In this document: in pieces, positions 27,201-28,346 of the stretch
Layout of the letters: every line of letters begins with the position of its first letter
Position numbering within the stretch: the stretch's first letter is position 1
From: Calditrichia bacterium
GTDB lineage: Bacteria; Calditrichota; Calditrichia; RBG-13-44-9; J075
Direction of reading: 5' to 3'
Length of the DNA stretch: 28,346 bases
NCBI GenBank assembly: GCA_050633245.1
Contig: JBOEGD010000013.1
Location: 1-28,346 of the forward strand
The notes under the pieces: generated by a model
Told to the model about the DNA's origin: nothing
Database searches by the model: none
What the model saw: only the letters and a program-made list of their open reading frames with translations
Position numbers and translations under genes: made by a program

Positions 27201-27539
27201 AGTATTTTGAAAATGAATGGCCGTACCAATCACGCGTCAAGAAATGGTGTGGTCATTGGTAGTTCTGAATTGTTTGCGCCAAAGTTTCAGCTAAGCTTTA
27301 ATACCGACTATCACCCCGAGCTCTATACCGTCGAGGCACCAGATGGCCTGGAGAATGCGGATTCAACATCGATAACGGTTTTAAGGTACCAGGAGAATAA
27401 TCTTGGAGCCGCAATTGCACATGATGGTGCATATCGCGTAATGGTTTGTGGTTTTCCATTTGAATCGATAATCGAGCGCGAACAACGCGATGATTTCATG
27501 CAGCGCATTTTGGGATTTTTAAAAGGTGAGAAAAAATAA
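24261..27539 (+). CDS. Large lipoprotein: Amidase_3-type (N-acetylmuramoyl-L-alanine amidase-like) domain with inserted golvesin/xanthan-lyase CBM-like module, FN3 domain and C-terminal alpha/beta domain
   Basis: Zn/catalytic pattern IALWPSHG...IEDL...SLAFHTDA...PSVLLEL; beta module ending ADAVRFGG; FN3 YSFKVTAVN.GGES..SE; lipobox NTGC. TTG 24261 has AAGGAG 8 nt upstream; alternative starts 24219/24222. Confidence 0.72.
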   Translation: MSIRGKTFLGLTLLLFLFNTGCNRSIRLSEAGKASFKYNIAHLDDTQRQAYFATHQFLRSQINLRNIHSRSRIDTLLLDVPTKTLDVHFTAPFVMRAVRPTDQGKQKLAMPAKKNSSMMVTHTNEDWPKDVIFVDSVYHTLEHFLGKKFQNYTLRLWVNKRRLDSYIPNFFRIDSTRFKRSRMPNNEGPVTPIVRNMSKPWQPEAGLISRGIALWPSHGWYYDYGKKRWDWQRARVFQTIEDLLPLSFTQPYLVPMLENAGANVFLPRERDLQVNEIIVDESEALASGQWSTGPTGFAPSSSPLAAGINPFKLGTTLLTETDSIKSATLIYTPTIPQKGSYAVTIAYSADSTRSAAVEYIVNHAGGSTRFLVNQQIGGSTWIYLGTFLFEAGKATKSGSVLLSNHSKPGQTISADAVRFGGGMGSVARNGHVSGRPRFVEGARYYMQYAGMPDTLVYNVTENPEGDYKDDYRGRGEWVNYLRGAPFGPNKNTQTTGLGIPIDASLAFHTDAGTTRNGNVVGTLMIYSSTGGDSTDLFGNGMSRMANRDFGDLLQTQIAYDIRSLYNHLWKRRSLWDSRYSEAFRPNVPSVLLELLSHHNFEDMKYALDPRFRFDASRAIYKGLLKFIATQYQQPYVVQPLPVTHFHATFQDNGTISLGWRPQDDPLEESATADAFILYTRVEDGGWDNGILVDQSSIILNKLADNSIYSFKVTAVNSGGESFPSEILAVCQTEPSSEPVLIINGFDRISGPDVIEEGKVLGFADVQDQGVPDRYDLNYSGAQINFNADSKWTHNDSPGHGASFSDFETKVIPGNTFDFPYQHGLSIRAAGFSFVSSSDEAIEDSLVALNTYPVVDLILGEERRQQLHYKNIDYPHGLRALLLRSPHYSQAKLDSLENLMSVILMTKADQKDSKTTERLEQKLDEMINFSPAQFEAFSHEMRGRITAYLHSGGNMFISGAHVGTDLFAGKPKGHPKRKFGRSILKMNGRTNHASRNGVVIGSSELFAPKFQLSFNTDYHPELYTVEAPDGLENADSTSITVLRYQENNLGAAIAHDGAYRVMVCGFPFESIIEREQRDDFMQRILGFLKGEKK

Positions 27540-27572
27540 CACTTCAAGGCGTCCTATGGACGCCTTGAAGTG
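27540..27572. terminator. 15-bp perfect hairpin CACTTCAAGGCGTCC-TAT-GGACGCCTTGAAGTG between convergent genes
   Basis: Read directly; followed by TTATTTTTT on the minus strand (intrinsic-terminator geometry), no U-tract on the plus strand. Confidence 0.75.
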
Positions 27573-27582
27573 CGGGGCGTTC

Positions 27583-28062
27583 TTACCGCATTCCATGCGG
27601 TCGCAACTTAACAATGGCCTCCTCCAGGTCATTTGCCATAGCAGAAAACATCTTGTTCTCCGCCCCTTCAAACGTTTTCAAAACAGTTGTCATTTCAGAC
27701 GCATAACGCTGCACAGTCTGCTGTCCTTCACCACATGCTTCAGTACCGCCAAGACTTTCCAAACCGTCCAGCCAGTTACGAAAGGCTATATCGTCGTTTG
27801 ACAGTGCTGCTATCGTGGCATCCGGGCGCAATGCAAATGCTTGCATCATATACAAAGCCAGGTCTGCCTGTAGCTTGCGGTCATTCTTGTTCAGCAAATG
27901 AATAAATCCGGCAAGCACTTCATCAGCAGAGGCTGTTTTATTTTCAAGCGTTTCCATAATGGCACCATATTCTCGATACAGCCAATCACTGTCTACCTCA
28001 CCAGCTTGAAGCGATGAAAAGATTGTTCCGATAACAAAAAATGTAATAAGTAGATTCTTCAT
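27583..28062 (-). CDS. Hypothetical secreted protein (159 aa, probably helical)
   Basis: GGAG SD, Sec signal peptide MKNLLITFFVIGTIFSSLQA; no family recognised. Confidence 0.75.
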   Translation of the reverse strand: MKNLLITFFVIGTIFSSLQAGEVDSDWLYREYGAIMETLENKTASADEVLAGFIHLLNKNDRKLQADLALYMMQAFALRPDATIAALSNDDIAFRNWLDGLESLGGTEACGEGQQTVQRYASEMTTVLKTFEGAENKMFSAMANDLEEAIVKLRPHGMR

Positions 28063-28076
28063 CTATTTCTCCATAT

Positions 28077-28098
28077 GCTCCTGGCCGAGACCAGGAGC
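28077..28098. other. Short intergenic stem-loop GCTCCTGG-N6-CCAGGAGC
   Basis: 8-bp inverted repeat between two co-oriented genes, no U-tract; lies just upstream of the SD of the 159-aa gene. Confidence 0.45.
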
Positions 28099-28107
28099 TC
28101 GGTTTCG

Positions 28108-28346
28108 TTATTTAGACAAGACCATTTTCTGAACCTGACGAATTGAACCGGCCTCAAATACCATCAGGTAGATTCCGGAACTAACGGATGCTCCATGATT
28201 GTCGCGACCATTCCATTTGGTTTGATGATAGCCAGCGCGCTTGTTGGTATTCTCAAGCTCTCTGACTTTCTGACCCTGAATGTTGTAGATGGTAATGCGC
28301 ACGTTACTATCCTGCGGAAGCTCATATTCTATCGTGGTCTCCGGGT
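28108..28346 (-). CDS. 3' end of a secreted protein with a T9SS type A / FlgD-Ig C-terminal sorting domain (5' part outside the window)
   Basis: Frame open to the window edge: PETTIEYELPQDSNVRITIYNIQGQKVREL...GYHQTKWNGRD..G..VSSGIY...KMVLSK. Confidence 0.88.
   Translation of the reverse strand, partial: PETTIEYELPQDSNVRITIYNIQGQKVRELENTNKRAGYHQTKWNGRDNHGASVSSGIYLMVFEAGSIRQVQKMVLSK

Noticed and set aside
27526-27905. Plus-strand ORFs 27526-27801 and 27687-27905
   Set aside because: They overlap the minus-strand gene that has an SD and signal peptide, and the first also crosses the hairpin
28108-28302. Stand-alone 64-aa protein
   Set aside because: The frame stays open to the window edge; it is the C-terminus of a longer gene

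Overview
A gene-dense bacterial window almost entirely occupied by one ~27.5 kb peptidoglycan (PG) degradation and salvage cluster. A ~17 kb minus-strand run (20741->3605) encodes, in transcription order: MurK-like kinase, lipoprotein GH3 NagZ fused to an AmiE-like serine hydrolase, two Na+:solute symporters, NagB fused to a PIG-L deacetylase domain, MurQ, a cationic-type dipeptide epimerase, a DUF1611/DgcN-like protein, an esterase, a HAD phosphatase, DacB (PBP4) and LysA. It is divergent from araC - nagX-like acetyltransferase - namZ - a large Amidase_3-type lipoprotein. At the left are a YkfC-like NlpC/P60 peptidase and an Ala-Glu epimerase, divergent from a fused SpmA-SpmB membrane protein. 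The window ends with a secreted hypothetical protein and the C-terminal T9SS/FlgD-like sorting domain of a gene that runs off the window. That domain type, together with clear Shine-Dalgarno sites, suggests an FCB-related, non-Bacteroidetes host such as KSB1 or Calditrichota (inference). I saw no rRNA, tRNA, CRISPR array or transposase. Small intergenic repeats are present: two long palindromes, a heptamer-periodic tract and an 8-bp tandem repeat. All family calls come from motif recognition by eye, not from database searches.
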